Positions 1 through 8,753 of a DNA stretch of 40,645 nt are shown here, one piece after another. Within the stretch, counting starts at the first letter, position 1; every line of letters begins with the position of its first letter. The translations under genes were made by a program, and so were the position numbers. The stretch is from a virus (taxonomy: Duplodnaviria > Caudoviricetes), in the IMG/VR virus record IMGVR_UViG_3300030207_000688, positions 1-40,645 of that record; one strand, 5' to 3'. The notes below the pieces were generated by a model, which worked only from the letters and a program-made list of their open reading frames with translations, ran no database searches and had not been told where the DNA came from.

Positions 1-3000
1 CAGAAGGGTATAGCTGATCCCTTTGGAGGAAATAATGCAGGATTACTCACAGCAGGAGGAAGTCACAACGCTTCTCAAGTCAAAAATGATAATCTTTCGT
101 TAACTAGTGGCACACACTATACAGCTTCTTTATACATTAAAAAAGGTACGTCCACAAAGACTAGACTAGGTATTTACCAAGGTAGTTGGATATTTTGGGC
201 AGAGACAACTTTTGATGCCAGTGGGGTTCCAAGCTCAACAGGTAATTTAAACGCCACAAATATATCTTACGAAAAAATAGGAGATGATGGATGGTATCGA
301 TTTAGCTTCGTAGGCAAAGCGACTGCAACAGCATCTAATCATTCGTTAATATTTTATCCCGACAGAAACGCTACAAACAAAAACACTTACATCTTCGGAG
401 CGCAGCTTGAGGAAACACAATACGAGTCCACTGGAACTGAGCAGATTACTAATGGAGACTTTAGTAATGGGTCTACAAGTTGGGATATTTCAAATAATGC
501 AGGAGGTACTGTTGAGGTTACAAACGGAGCTTTAAGAATTGCTTCGACCGACTCTTCTTCTAATTTTGTAGGAGTTTCTCAAGACATAAATTATGTGGCA
601 GGGAAAAAATACAAAATCACTTTCGATTATGTAGCTAGTGATTTAAACACAGGAAGCGCAGGACTTACTGTCGTGCATCCAGAATCGACAATGGTTTTCA
701 CAACGAGCGGAGCTAAGTCGATTGAATTTACTGCTAGTTCAACAGCAGCCCACAGCACTTTTTTCAAAAGAAGAATGGGTAGCCAAATAAATGACTTTAC
801 TATAGACAATGTAAGCATTTTGGAATACGACCCAGAACTTCAGACCTACGCCCAGACTCCAGTAATATCCAACGATGGCTCAAGCACAACTGCGACTACT
901 CTTGGAGAGTTCAGCGGACTTGAGAATTTGTTGCGTAATTCTGAAGACTTTTCAAGTGTTTGGAACGTAGCTAACGGAACCATTACAGCAAACCAAGGAA
1001 CCGATCCAAACGGAGGAAACGGAGCAGATTTATTTAAACCTACTAGTGACCAACCAAACACTGTAGTTTATCAAACGGCTACAGGAGTCACAGGAGGAAC
1101 TTATGTAACATCGGTTTATGCTAAAGCCTCTGGAAAGAATTTTATAAACATGAGAGGAGTAAATGACGCTACTGGATATGCGTGGTTTAACCTTTCAAAC
1201 GGCACAGTAGGGACAGTCAATAGTTCTATTCCTGCAACTATCGAGTCAGTAGGTAACGACTGGTATCGATGCAGTGTTACCCAAGTCGCTGATAGTACTA
1301 CTGAAACTTTTGTTTTAACAGTCAATGATGCTGACAATTCATTTAATGTAACAGTAAATGGAAATGATGGGGTTCTTCTTTGGGGCGCACAGCTAAACAC
1401 CAACAGTCTCAAGACTTACCAGAAGACTACAGGCACAGCCCTCACTGGCGATGTTAATGTGGTGAATTGGTATAACCAAGGTGGTGGTGAGGATGCTACT
1501 CAAGATACGGCTAATAATCAGCCAAGGATAGTTAAAGGATCTGAGCTTGTGACTTCTGGAGGTAAAGCCGCTCTGGACTTTGATGGTGCAGGAAGCGGAA
1601 ACACGGATCATTTAGACATTCTATTTTTACGCTACAATTCACGTTTCGATATGTTTGCAATGTACGATACGGATGATACACAATTTTCTATATTGCATGA
1701 TACTCAGAACGGAATTTTACTTGCTACAACTCAAGACGGAAGTTCAACCACTTGGAAGAACTCTAACTTTGCTAATGCTGATTCCAAAGCCTACGTGAAT
1801 GGAGCGATATTATCTGCTGATACACGAGATGTGCTACACGATCAAGGAGGCTCAAGAAAGCTAGTTACTTTTGAGAATTGCTATACATCGAGTATAGGAA
1901 GTCTCAACATAGGTTTAGCAGCAGGAGATACGAGTTGGAGTTTCTCAGGAAAGATTTGTGAATTAATCATGTTTCCTAACATGAATCCTTCGCAGAAAAG
2001 ATTTGAAATAGAACAAAATATTATAAGTGCGTATGATTTGAGTCTTGCTCAAGCAAACTTTGAAACTAATGTAAATGGGCTTGGTCCTTCAAATGCTCTT
2101 GGAGCAACAGCGACCATAACTCACGAGACTACTGATCCGCTAACAGGGTCAGGTTCAGCGAAAGTTTCGATAAGTGGGGCTGTCGGAGCAACGAGCTATC
2201 CAAGGTTATACGGAAATAATGCAGGGGTTGATAATTTATTTCTCCCAGTAAATCCAGTTGTCGGAGAGAAATATAAAATTACCATGACCACCAAGTTGAT
2301 AAGTGGAACTGTCCAAATGATAGGAATTGGTTTTGGTGATCAAGGTGGCAATGGTTCTAATGGAGAAGTCTCAGGCGAGGATATTACATTTAGTGGGACT
2401 CAGACTCATGTATTTGAAAAAACACTTACCTCAGTAGCAGGTTCAAATACGGGTAGAATACATATAGCTTTTAACGGAGAACATACAGGAGTATTTCTCA
2501 TCGACTCAATTAAGATCGAGAAGACAGGAGTTCGAGGTTTTGTAACAAAGCTCTACGATCAGACAGGAAACAACTGCCATGCCCTTCAAGCGACTGCTGC
2601 TAATCAGCCTCAGATTGTTAGCGGTGGAGACTTAATCAAGTCAGGGAATCATCCTGCACTTGAATTTACACAAACAAGTCCAAACTATTCTAACCTTGAA
2701 ATACATGGAGTAAATGCAGCTAGAGCCGATTCTTGGTTCGTTACAGACACTTCAAGCACTCAACATATTTACCCATCACAACACGACAATGGAGGCAGAC
2801 ATGGTTGGATTGCTCAAGATGGTGACTCTAATATTCAAGCCCACCTCGGTTACGGAGGAGAACCAGTAAGACTATATACTAACGGAACGCTAATTGGAGG
2901 CTACGACATTACAAGAGATGACGTTCACGCAGCAATTAACGGACGGAAGTTAGTCCATCACCAAGACGGAGACACAACAGATTGGACAATAACTCAATTT

Positions 3001-3150
3001 GGTTGGTACGGAGAAGGCAATGCTGTCAGTTCTCACATCCCTTGGGGTTACGAAGGAAAGATGAGTGAGATGATCTGGTACGACTCAGACCAAAGCTCTA
3101 ACAGAACAGGCATCGAATCCAACATAAACACTCACTATAACATTTACTAA
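1..3150 (+). CDS. C-terminal half of giant multi-domain glycan-binding virion fibre/spike protein (continues in frame from 37685..40645 across the junction)
   Basis: Frame 1 is open from base 1 (QKGIADPFGGNNAG...) to the stop at 3150, so the track's start at 595 is internal. It contains repeated CBM-like modules (NLLxxSEDF...WYR...GAQL; NGDF...DNVS) and LamG/arabinofuranosidase-B-like segments (WYNQ/LYDQ...ANQP.IV). Confidence 0.85.
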   Translation, partial: QKGIADPFGGNNAGLLTAGGSHNASQVKNDNLSLTSGTHYTASLYIKKGTSTKTRLGIYQGSWIFWAETTFDASGVPSSTGNLNATNISYEKIGDDGWYRFSFVGKATATASNHSLIFYPDRNATNKNTYIFGAQLEETQYESTGTEQITNGDFSNGSTSWDISNNAGGTVEVTNGALRIASTDSSSNFVGVSQDINYVAGKKYKITFDYVASDLNTGSAGLTVVHPESTMVFTTSGAKSIEFTASSTAAHSTFFKRRMGSQINDFTIDNVSILEYDPELQTYAQTPVISNDGSSTTATTLGEFSGLENLLRNSEDFSSVWNVANGTITANQGTDPNGGNGADLFKPTSDQPNTVVYQTATGVTGGTYVTSVYAKASGKNFINMRGVNDATGYAWFNLSNGTVGTVNSSIPATIESVGNDWYRCSVTQVADSTTETFVLTVNDADNSFNVTVNGNDGVLLWGAQLNTNSLKTYQKTTGTALTGDVNVVNWYNQGGGEDATQDTANNQPRIVKGSELVTSGGKAALDFDGAGSGNTDHLDILFLRYNSRFDMFAMYDTDDTQFSILHDTQNGILLATTQDGSSTTWKNSNFANADSKAYVNGAILSADTRDVLHDQGGSRKLVTFENCYTSSIGSLNIGLAAGDTSWSFSGKICELIMFPNMNPSQKRFEIEQNIISAYDLSLAQANFETNVNGLGPSNALGATATITHETTDPLTGSGSAKVSISGAVGATSYPRLYGNNAGVDNLFLPVNPVVGEKYKITMTTKLISGTVQMIGIGFGDQGGNGSNGEVSGEDITFSGTQTHVFEKTLTSVAGSNTGRIHIAFNGEHTGVFLIDSIKIEKTGVRGFVTKLYDQTGNNCHALQATAANQPQIVSGGDLIKSGNHPALEFTQTSPNYSNLEIHGVNAARADSWFVTDTSSTQHIYPSQHDNGGRHGWIAQDGDSNIQAHLGYGGEPVRLYTNGTLIGGYDITRDDVHAAINGRKLVHHQDGDTTDWTITQFGWYGEGNAVSSHIPWGYEGKMSEMIWYDSDQSSNRTGIESNINTHYNIY

Positions 3151-3158
3151 ATCATCAC

Positions 3159-3527
3159 ATGGCATATCTAATATTTGACAGCAAAGAAGAAGCACAAGCT
3201 CGAAGCGAACAAGCAGCACAACAAAAGAACACTTCATTCTGGTCTACAGGCAGTGGCACAAAATACTGGTGGGGTTGGTCTGTTGAAGCAGCCGAAGAAG
3301 ATCCTCGTGCATTCATTGAGATACAGAAGAACACTTGGACAGACGAGGAAACAGAAGAGGAACACACTAACATTCCTGATGAAACTCTACTCACTGAAGA
3401 AGAGATAGCGTCTCTTTCGTCTGAGCTTCCAGAAGATTGGGTATTTCCTCCTGATCCTATGGCAGAGCCTACAGAGGACGATAGTGATGATGATGATGAC
3501 GAAGAAGAACCTCCACTTGTAGATTAA
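3159..3527 (+). CDS. Acidic hypothetical protein, probable fibre-associated partner/chaperone
   Basis: 122-aa ORF 8 nt after the fibre stop; YLIFDS..EAQARS and KYWWGW motifs; very acidic C-terminus. Function is inferred from position only. Confidence 0.7.
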   Translation: MAYLIFDSKEEAQARSEQAAQQKNTSFWSTGSGTKYWWGWSVEAAEEDPRAFIEIQKNTWTDEETEEEHTNIPDETLLTEEEIASLSSELPEDWVFPPDPMAEPTEDDSDDDDDEEEPPLVD

Positions 3528-3528
3528 T

Positions 3529-3984
3529 ATGATTGATTACCTTTTAAAGTTTGACTCTAAAAACATGGCGATTGTGTTCGCTGAACAGATGGGATTCACA
3601 ACAACTGAAGATGAAGGAAATGGTATTGAAGTTACCCTTCCGTTATCTCAAAGTGAGAACCACGTTTACACAGTCATTGGCGAGTATTTTGAGGACACTG
3701 GAAAGACCGAAACAATCAGAGATGAAACTGGCATGGAGTGGGAGCAACCAATAACGAAGGGCGATGGTAAGCACTGGGTTCTATTTAGAGACATCAAAGG
3801 AGACATGGATGCCGATCCTGCTGAAGAATTTATAGTATGGCACTCGAACATGACCGAGCGTGTTAGAAAGCGTGACGAGAATGGTCAGTTCATTGCAGAT
3901 GATCCAGACACCCCAGAGGACGAAGCGTGGGAAGAAGTTCCAGTGCCTAGACCTGAGAACGCCCCCGATAGAATATTTTTATAA
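3529..3984 (+). CDS. Acidic hypothetical protein, probable fibre-associated partner
   Basis: 151-aa ORF tightly packed between the previous gene and the portal; carries an RKRDENGQFIADDPDTPEDEAW segment. Confidence 0.7.
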   Translation: MIDYLLKFDSKNMAIVFAEQMGFTTTEDEGNGIEVTLPLSQSENHVYTVIGEYFEDTGKTETIRDETGMEWEQPITKGDGKHWVLFRDIKGDMDADPAEEFIVWHSNMTERVRKRDENGQFIADDPDTPEDEAWEEVPVPRPENAPDRIFL

Positions 3985-3987
3985 TTT

Positions 3988-5550
3988 ATGAATTACGAAA
4001 ACCAAACAGCCGAACAGCTTTATACAAAGCTAGAAGGCAACAGAGACACTTATCTCCAAAGAGGAAGACAGGCTGCCAAACTCACTTTACCTTATGTATT
4101 AACTGAAGAGGGTTTTGGTTCTGCAAGTAGATTGAATACTCCCTTTCAAGGTATAGGAGCTAGAGGAGTTAATAACCTTGCTTCTAAGTTACTGCTTGCA
4201 CTGCTTCCTCCTAACTCACCTTTCTTTCGTTTACAAGTAGATAACCAAAAATTACAAAACGAGGGTACTCCAGAAGAAGTACTCAGTGAAATAGAAGCTG
4301 CTTTAAGAAAGGTAGAGGACAACGTGATGAGTGAGATTGCTTCTGAGAGGTACAGAATAGCAGTACACGAAGCTCTCAAGCAACTCATCGTCACTGGAAA
4401 TGCTTTACTATACATGCCCGAAGAAGGGGGAATGAGAGTGTTTCGTATCGACAGGTTTGTTATTGAGCGTGATCCAATGGGTAACGTTTTATATATAGCA
4501 ACAAAAGAAACTCTTAGCTACGAGGCACTGGATGATGAAATAAAAGAAGTTATCCAACATCCTAATCCTTCGACAAAAGGAGCAATGGACTCAGTAAATC
4601 TTTTCACAGCAATTTGTCGATATGGGGATAAATGGCTTGTCAAGCAGGACATAAACGGAACACTGTTACCTAAAACTGGTGGGATGTTGCCTCTTGACAA
4701 GTCTCCTTATATTCCGCTTCGCTTCTCTAGGATTGATGGAGAAAGCTATGGCAGAGGTTATGTAGAAGAATATCTTGGTGACCTACAGTCGCTTGAGTCA
4801 CTTACAAAAGCTATTGTAGAAGGTAGTGCAGCAGCAGCCAAGGTATTGTTTTTGATAAATCCAAATGGAACAACAAGACCTAAGACACTTAGCGAAAGTC
4901 CTAATGGCGCAATAGTCCAAGGTAATGCAGCAGATGTCTCTACGCTTCAGTTAAACAAGTTCAATGACTTTAGAGTTGCAGCAGAAACAATCAACTCGAT
5001 CAAAGACAGACTTGGACAAAACTTCCTTCTTACAAGCAGTTCTATTCGTAATGCAGAAAGAGTTACAGCAGAAGAAGTTCGCATGATATCTATGGAACTG
5101 GAGTCAGCCCTTGGTGGTTTGTATTCCTTGCTTAGTAATGAACTACAGTTACCTTTGGTAAACAGGCTGATGTCTGTAATGCAAAAGAAAAAAACCATGC
5201 CTAAGTTACCAAAGGATCTTGTAAATCCAGTCATTGTTACAGGTATCGAGGCTCTTGGAAGAGGACATGATCTTCAAAAGCTTGATGCGTTTCTAGCAGG
5301 AGCAGCACAGGTAGTAGGTCCACAAGCAATATCTACTTATGTAAACATAGATGAGTACTTTAAGCGTAGAGCAACAAGTCTTGGTATTAAACTTCCTGGA
5401 CTTATTAAAACTCAAGAAGAGATAGCTCAAGAGCAGCAACAAGCCCAACTCATGCAGATGGCAGAAAAACTTGGACCATCAGGTATTAAAGCTGCTTCCG
5501 ATCAATCACTTGCTGAACAACAACAGCAGGAACAACCAACAACAGAATAA
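3988..5550 (+). CDS. Portal (head-tail connector), T7 gp8-like
   Basis: 520 aa; QGIGARGVNNLASKLLLALLPPNSPFFRL, GESYGRGYVEEYLGDL, AERVTAEEVR and ELESALGGLYSLLS motifs typical of T7 gp8. Confidence 0.97.
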   Translation: MNYENQTAEQLYTKLEGNRDTYLQRGRQAAKLTLPYVLTEEGFGSASRLNTPFQGIGARGVNNLASKLLLALLPPNSPFFRLQVDNQKLQNEGTPEEVLSEIEAALRKVEDNVMSEIASERYRIAVHEALKQLIVTGNALLYMPEEGGMRVFRIDRFVIERDPMGNVLYIATKETLSYEALDDEIKEVIQHPNPSTKGAMDSVNLFTAICRYGDKWLVKQDINGTLLPKTGGMLPLDKSPYIPLRFSRIDGESYGRGYVEEYLGDLQSLESLTKAIVEGSAAAAKVLFLINPNGTTRPKTLSESPNGAIVQGNAADVSTLQLNKFNDFRVAAETINSIKDRLGQNFLLTSSSIRNAERVTAEEVRMISMELESALGGLYSLLSNELQLPLVNRLMSVMQKKKTMPKLPKDLVNPVIVTGIEALGRGHDLQKLDAFLAGAAQVVGPQAISTYVNIDEYFKRRATSLGIKLPGLIKTQEEIAQEQQQAQLMQMAEKLGPSGIKAASDQSLAEQQQQEQPTTE

Positions 5551-5585
5551 AATACTAACCACATTAATGGGAGGAAACCAAAAAC

Positions 5586-6392
5586 ATGTCAGTAGAAAGA
5601 GTCGAAATAAACGAGCCAGTAGAAGGAGAACAGATGTCTCTAGAAGATCAACTAGCTCAACAGGAAGCAGAGAACCCAAACTTAGTTCAACAAGAAGAGC
5701 AGGAACAACCAATACAACAAGAGCCTTCTGGACAAGAGGTAAGTGATGAGCAGGAGCTTATTCTTGGTAAATTCAAATCACAGGAAGATCTTGCGCAAGC
5801 CTACGAAAACCTCGAAAAGAAGATTGGGGAGCAGCAACAGACATCAAAAGAAGAAGGACAACAAGAAGAAGAAGCTCCAGTACAACAAGGTAATGTATCT
5901 AATGCAATCCAAGAAGCCAGTGATGCTTATCTTGAAAAAGGAGAACTAAGTGAAGCAAACTACAAGGCACTAGAAGAAAGCGGAATACCTAGAGATTTTG
6001 TAGATGCTTACGTAAGAGGACAAGAAGCTACTATTGAATCTGAAATGGCAGAGATAAGAAGTACTGTTGGAGGACAAGATAATTACAATCAAATGATAGA
6101 GTGGGCTTCTGCTAATTTACCCGAAGAAGATATAAACAGCTACGACGATATAGTTTCTACTGGTACACCAGAGGCAGCTAAGATGGCTGCAAAGGGCATG
6201 TACGCACGATATATGAGTGAAACTGGAGGAGAGTCCATGAATATCGCAAAGGGAGGCACTTCTGGAGCAGCTATCCAACCCTTTAACAGTAACGCTCAAG
6301 TTGTTGAAGCTATCAATGACAGACGTTACGAAATGGACCCTGCATATCGTGCAGAGGTTGAAAGAAGAATTTCAGTATCAACTAATATATAA
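5586..6392 (+). CDS. Capsid assembly scaffolding protein, T7 gp9-like
   Basis: 268 aa, acidic; LGKFKSQEDLAQAYENLEKK, VGGQDNYNQMIEWA and C-terminal DRRYEMDPAYRAEVERR; lies after the portal. Confidence 0.93.
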   Translation: MSVERVEINEPVEGEQMSLEDQLAQQEAENPNLVQQEEQEQPIQQEPSGQEVSDEQELILGKFKSQEDLAQAYENLEKKIGEQQQTSKEEGQQEEEAPVQQGNVSNAIQEASDAYLEKGELSEANYKALEESGIPRDFVDAYVRGQEATIESEMAEIRSTVGGQDNYNQMIEWASANLPEEDINSYDDIVSTGTPEAAKMAAKGMYARYMSETGGESMNIAKGGTSGAAIQPFNSNAQVVEAINDRRYEMDPAYRAEVERRISVSTNI

Positions 6393-6400
6393 AAAAGAAC

Positions 6401-6583
6401 ATGATAACATATATCCTAGAGAATAAAGCAGAGCTTATTAGCATCGCTACGGCTGTGGTTACTGCTGCTAGTTTGATTTCAGCAATGACACCAAACAAGA
6501 CAGACAACAAGATCACAGGAATAGCTCTTAAACTTATCAACTGGCTTGCTCTTAACGTAGGTAAAGCAAAACCAAAGGAATAA
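6401..6583 (+). CDS. Small membrane protein, holin-like
   Basis: 60 aa with hydrophobic helix (LISIATAVVTAASLISAM), TPNKTDNK turn, second amphipathic helix and basic tail. Confidence 0.6.
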   Translation: MITYILENKAELISIATAVVTAASLISAMTPNKTDNKITGIALKLINWLALNVGKAKPKE

Positions 6584-6585
6584 TT

Positions 6586-6840
6586 ATGATTAAGTTACTT
6601 GTAGGTTTTCTTTTCAACTTTCCGAAGATCTGCGAGTACTTCTTCAAGATTGTTGAAGCTTATGAAAAGGAGGCATATAGTCGCAGTCGTAATCGCAACG
6701 TCGATCTTATTGACGAGTGGTTGCAAGATGATACAGCCACCTCAGAGCAAGATTCCCCATTTTATCTCGAAACTCAAAGCCCATTCGTTCACAAAACCTC
6801 AAAAGGAGACTATCGCAGAGATCCTGAGATACGTGAATGA
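6586..6840 (+). CDS. Putative inner-membrane spanin (Rz-like)
   Basis: 84 aa with a modestly hydrophobic N-terminus followed by a charged helix; overlapped in another frame by a lipoprotein ORF. Confidence 0.45.
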   Translation: MIKLLVGFLFNFPKICEYFFKIVEAYEKEAYSRSRNRNVDLIDEWLQDDTATSEQDSPFYLETQSPFVHKTSKGDYRRDPEIRE

Positions 6841-6862
6841 CCTTGAGCATACTCGACAATAA
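6662..6862 (+). CDS. Lipoprotein, putative outer-membrane spanin (Rz1-like)
   Basis: ATG at 6662 gives MKRRHIVAVVIATSILLTSG-C: basic n-region, hydrophobic h-region and lipobox Cys, then a Pro-containing segment. Overlaps 6586..6840 in the +1 frame. Confidence 0.65.
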   Translation: MKRRHIVAVVIATSILLTSGCKMIQPPQSKIPHFISKLKAHSFTKPQKETIAEILRYVNDLEHTRQ

Positions 6863-7049
6863 AATTTCAACACACAAAAAAGAACACAAATAAACCAAAT
6901 AGCGGTTTGTTTCGAGTGCAGCCCCTTGCGAGGGATAACTAATATCAAAGAACAATCTGTATAGGTCTTTTAGTTTCTTGGAGTGCGTTGTTTATAACAG
7001 AAAATAAAACAACAAACACAAAAACAAAAAAGAAAGGTACATATAAATT

Positions 7050-8054
7050 ATGTCAGACGCACTAAGCCCAAGTAGATTGGGACAAGCAAATAAAACTGGC
7101 TCTACTGATGCTTTGTTTCTCAAAGTATTTGCCAACGAGATTCTCGCAACATTCGAGAAGACTCAGATAATGAAACCACTGCACACTATCAGAACCATAA
7201 GTTCTGGTAAGTCAGCGACATTTCCAACGATAGGCCAGGCTTCTGCTCTATACCATTCTCCTGGTGAGAACATTATGTCAAAGGCTTCTAGTGGAACTAC
7301 AAGTAAGTACAACACAAACTTCAACATGAACGAAGTTGTCATTAACATTGACAAGATGTTAGTGAGTTCAACATTCATTCCGAACATAGACGAGTTGAAA
7401 AACCACTTTGATGTGAGAGGACAGTTCTCGAAAGAATTGGGAATTGCTCTTGCTCAGAGATTTGACAAGGCAGTATTGAAGACTCTTGCAGCAGGTGCAG
7501 CAGGAACAGGTAAATCAGGACAGCCAAATGGTATTGCTATTACAGGTCAGACTACTAATACAGCAGCAGGACTTGTAGCAGCTTTAACATCTGTCGCTCA
7601 GAAACTTGATGAGAACGACGTACCAGATGATGGCACTCGTTTTGCTATCCTTACTCCTGCTCAGTACTACACTCTTGTAGGTAATGACAACATCGCTATC
7701 AACAGAGATTTCGGTGGAACAGGTAACGTGTCATCAGGTTCATTAACTCAGGTTGCAGGACTTAACATCTTCAAGTCAAACAACTTGACTTCTATCCTTG
7801 TTGCAGATGCTTCACAGGATCAGGATGATGACAACGCTGTCAACGATCCATTCGGTTCTGGAAACGGATACAACGCAGCACTTAACACTAAAGACTTCCT
7901 TGCAGGACACCCAAGTGGTGTAGGTACTGTCAAGCTTCTTGACCTTGCTACTGAGTCCGATTATTCGGTAGCTCACCAAGGAACACTCTTTGTGGCAAAA
8001 TATGCGATGGGACACAACGTGCTCCGTCCTGCTGCATGTGTTAGTGTTACTTAA
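7050..8054 (+). CDS. Major capsid protein, T7 gp10-like
   Basis: 334 aa; ALFLKVFANEILATF, RTISSGKSATFP, DVRGQFSKELGIALAQRFD, KLDENDVP and KYAMGHNVLRP motifs. Confidence 0.97.
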   Translation: MSDALSPSRLGQANKTGSTDALFLKVFANEILATFEKTQIMKPLHTIRTISSGKSATFPTIGQASALYHSPGENIMSKASSGTTSKYNTNFNMNEVVINIDKMLVSSTFIPNIDELKNHFDVRGQFSKELGIALAQRFDKAVLKTLAAGAAGTGKSGQPNGIAITGQTTNTAAGLVAALTSVAQKLDENDVPDDGTRFAILTPAQYYTLVGNDNIAINRDFGGTGNVSSGSLTQVAGLNIFKSNNLTSILVADASQDQDDDNAVNDPFGSGNGYNAALNTKDFLAGHPSGVGTVKLLDLATESDYSVAHQGTLFVAKYAMGHNVLRPAACVSVT

Positions 8055-8072
8055 TTAACATAAACAACTCAC

Positions 8073-8123
8073 AGAAAGTTTGGGTGGGGGATTATTAAGT
8101 TAGTCCCCTGCCCTCTTTCTTTT
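8073..8123 (+). terminator. Intrinsic terminator downstream of capsid gene (T7 Tphi position)
   Basis: 13-bp stem GGGTGGGGGATTA (8082-8094) / TAGTCCCCTGCCC (8101-8113) with G-U pairs and a 6-nt loop, followed by TCTTTCTTTT. Confidence 0.75.
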
Positions 8124-8153
8124 AACCTTTATTACAAAAACAACAGAATTTTT

Positions 8154-8750
8154 ATGGCACTATCTACACAACTACAAGCTGTCAACACTATGCTAGGCTA
8201 CATCGGAGAAGCTCCTGTAAACAGTATAAGTAATACAGCAGAACTTCCTGTATCGGCTGCAAACGCTGTAAGCATCCTAGATGAAACTTCTAAGGAGGTA
8301 CAAAGCAACGGGTGGCACTTTAATACAGAAAGAGAAGTGACGTTGAGTCCTAGTGCAGCAGACGGAAAGATAACTCTTGCAGCAGACATTTTACAAGTAG
8401 ACCACGAAGGTACTGATAATATTGATTTAGTACAGCGAGGGACTTCCCTTTATGATCGTAAAGAAAAAACAGATGTCTTTACAAACGATATAAAAGTTAC
8501 TGTAGTTAAAGAATTACCTTGGGATAGCCTACCAGAACAGGCAAGAAGATATATTACTTTAAGAGCTACAAGATATTTACAGTCTCGTATTGTTGGTTCT
8601 AGGGAGTTAGAAGCTCTTATCCTTAGAGATGAATTTGCAGCAAAAGCAAACCTTGAAACATCAGACAACAGGAACGCAGACAGAACAATTTTTGACAACT
8701 ATGATACTTACACAAGAGTAGGTATAAACAGAACATCATCCTTATTTTAA
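8154..8750 (+). CDS. Tail tubular protein A, T7 gp11-like
   Basis: 198 aa; LQAVNTMLGYIGEAPVNS, VQSNGWHFNTE and LPEQARRYITLRA motifs. Confidence 0.95.
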   Translation: MALSTQLQAVNTMLGYIGEAPVNSISNTAELPVSAANAVSILDETSKEVQSNGWHFNTEREVTLSPSAADGKITLAADILQVDHEGTDNIDLVQRGTSLYDRKEKTDVFTNDIKVTVVKELPWDSLPEQARRYITLRATRYLQSRIVGSRELEALILRDEFAAKANLETSDNRNADRTIFDNYDTYTRVGINRTSSLF

Positions 8751-8753
8751 TAG

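Noticed and set aside
595-3150. 851-aa ORF as an independent gene starting at GTG 595
   Set aside because: The frame is open from base 1 and the start falls mid-module; it is the tail of the gene beginning at 37685.
5471-5949. Alternative-frame + ORFs over portal and scaffold (also 3175..3408, 3551..3754, 11760..12014, 34537..34839)
   Set aside because: Short, often with non-ATG starts, composition explained by the main frame, and no recognisable motifs, unlike the MTase and spanin overlaps.
8020-8070. T7 10A/10B-type capsid frameshift extension
   Set aside because: No slippery sequence near the stop; TAATTAA and the terminator follow closely.
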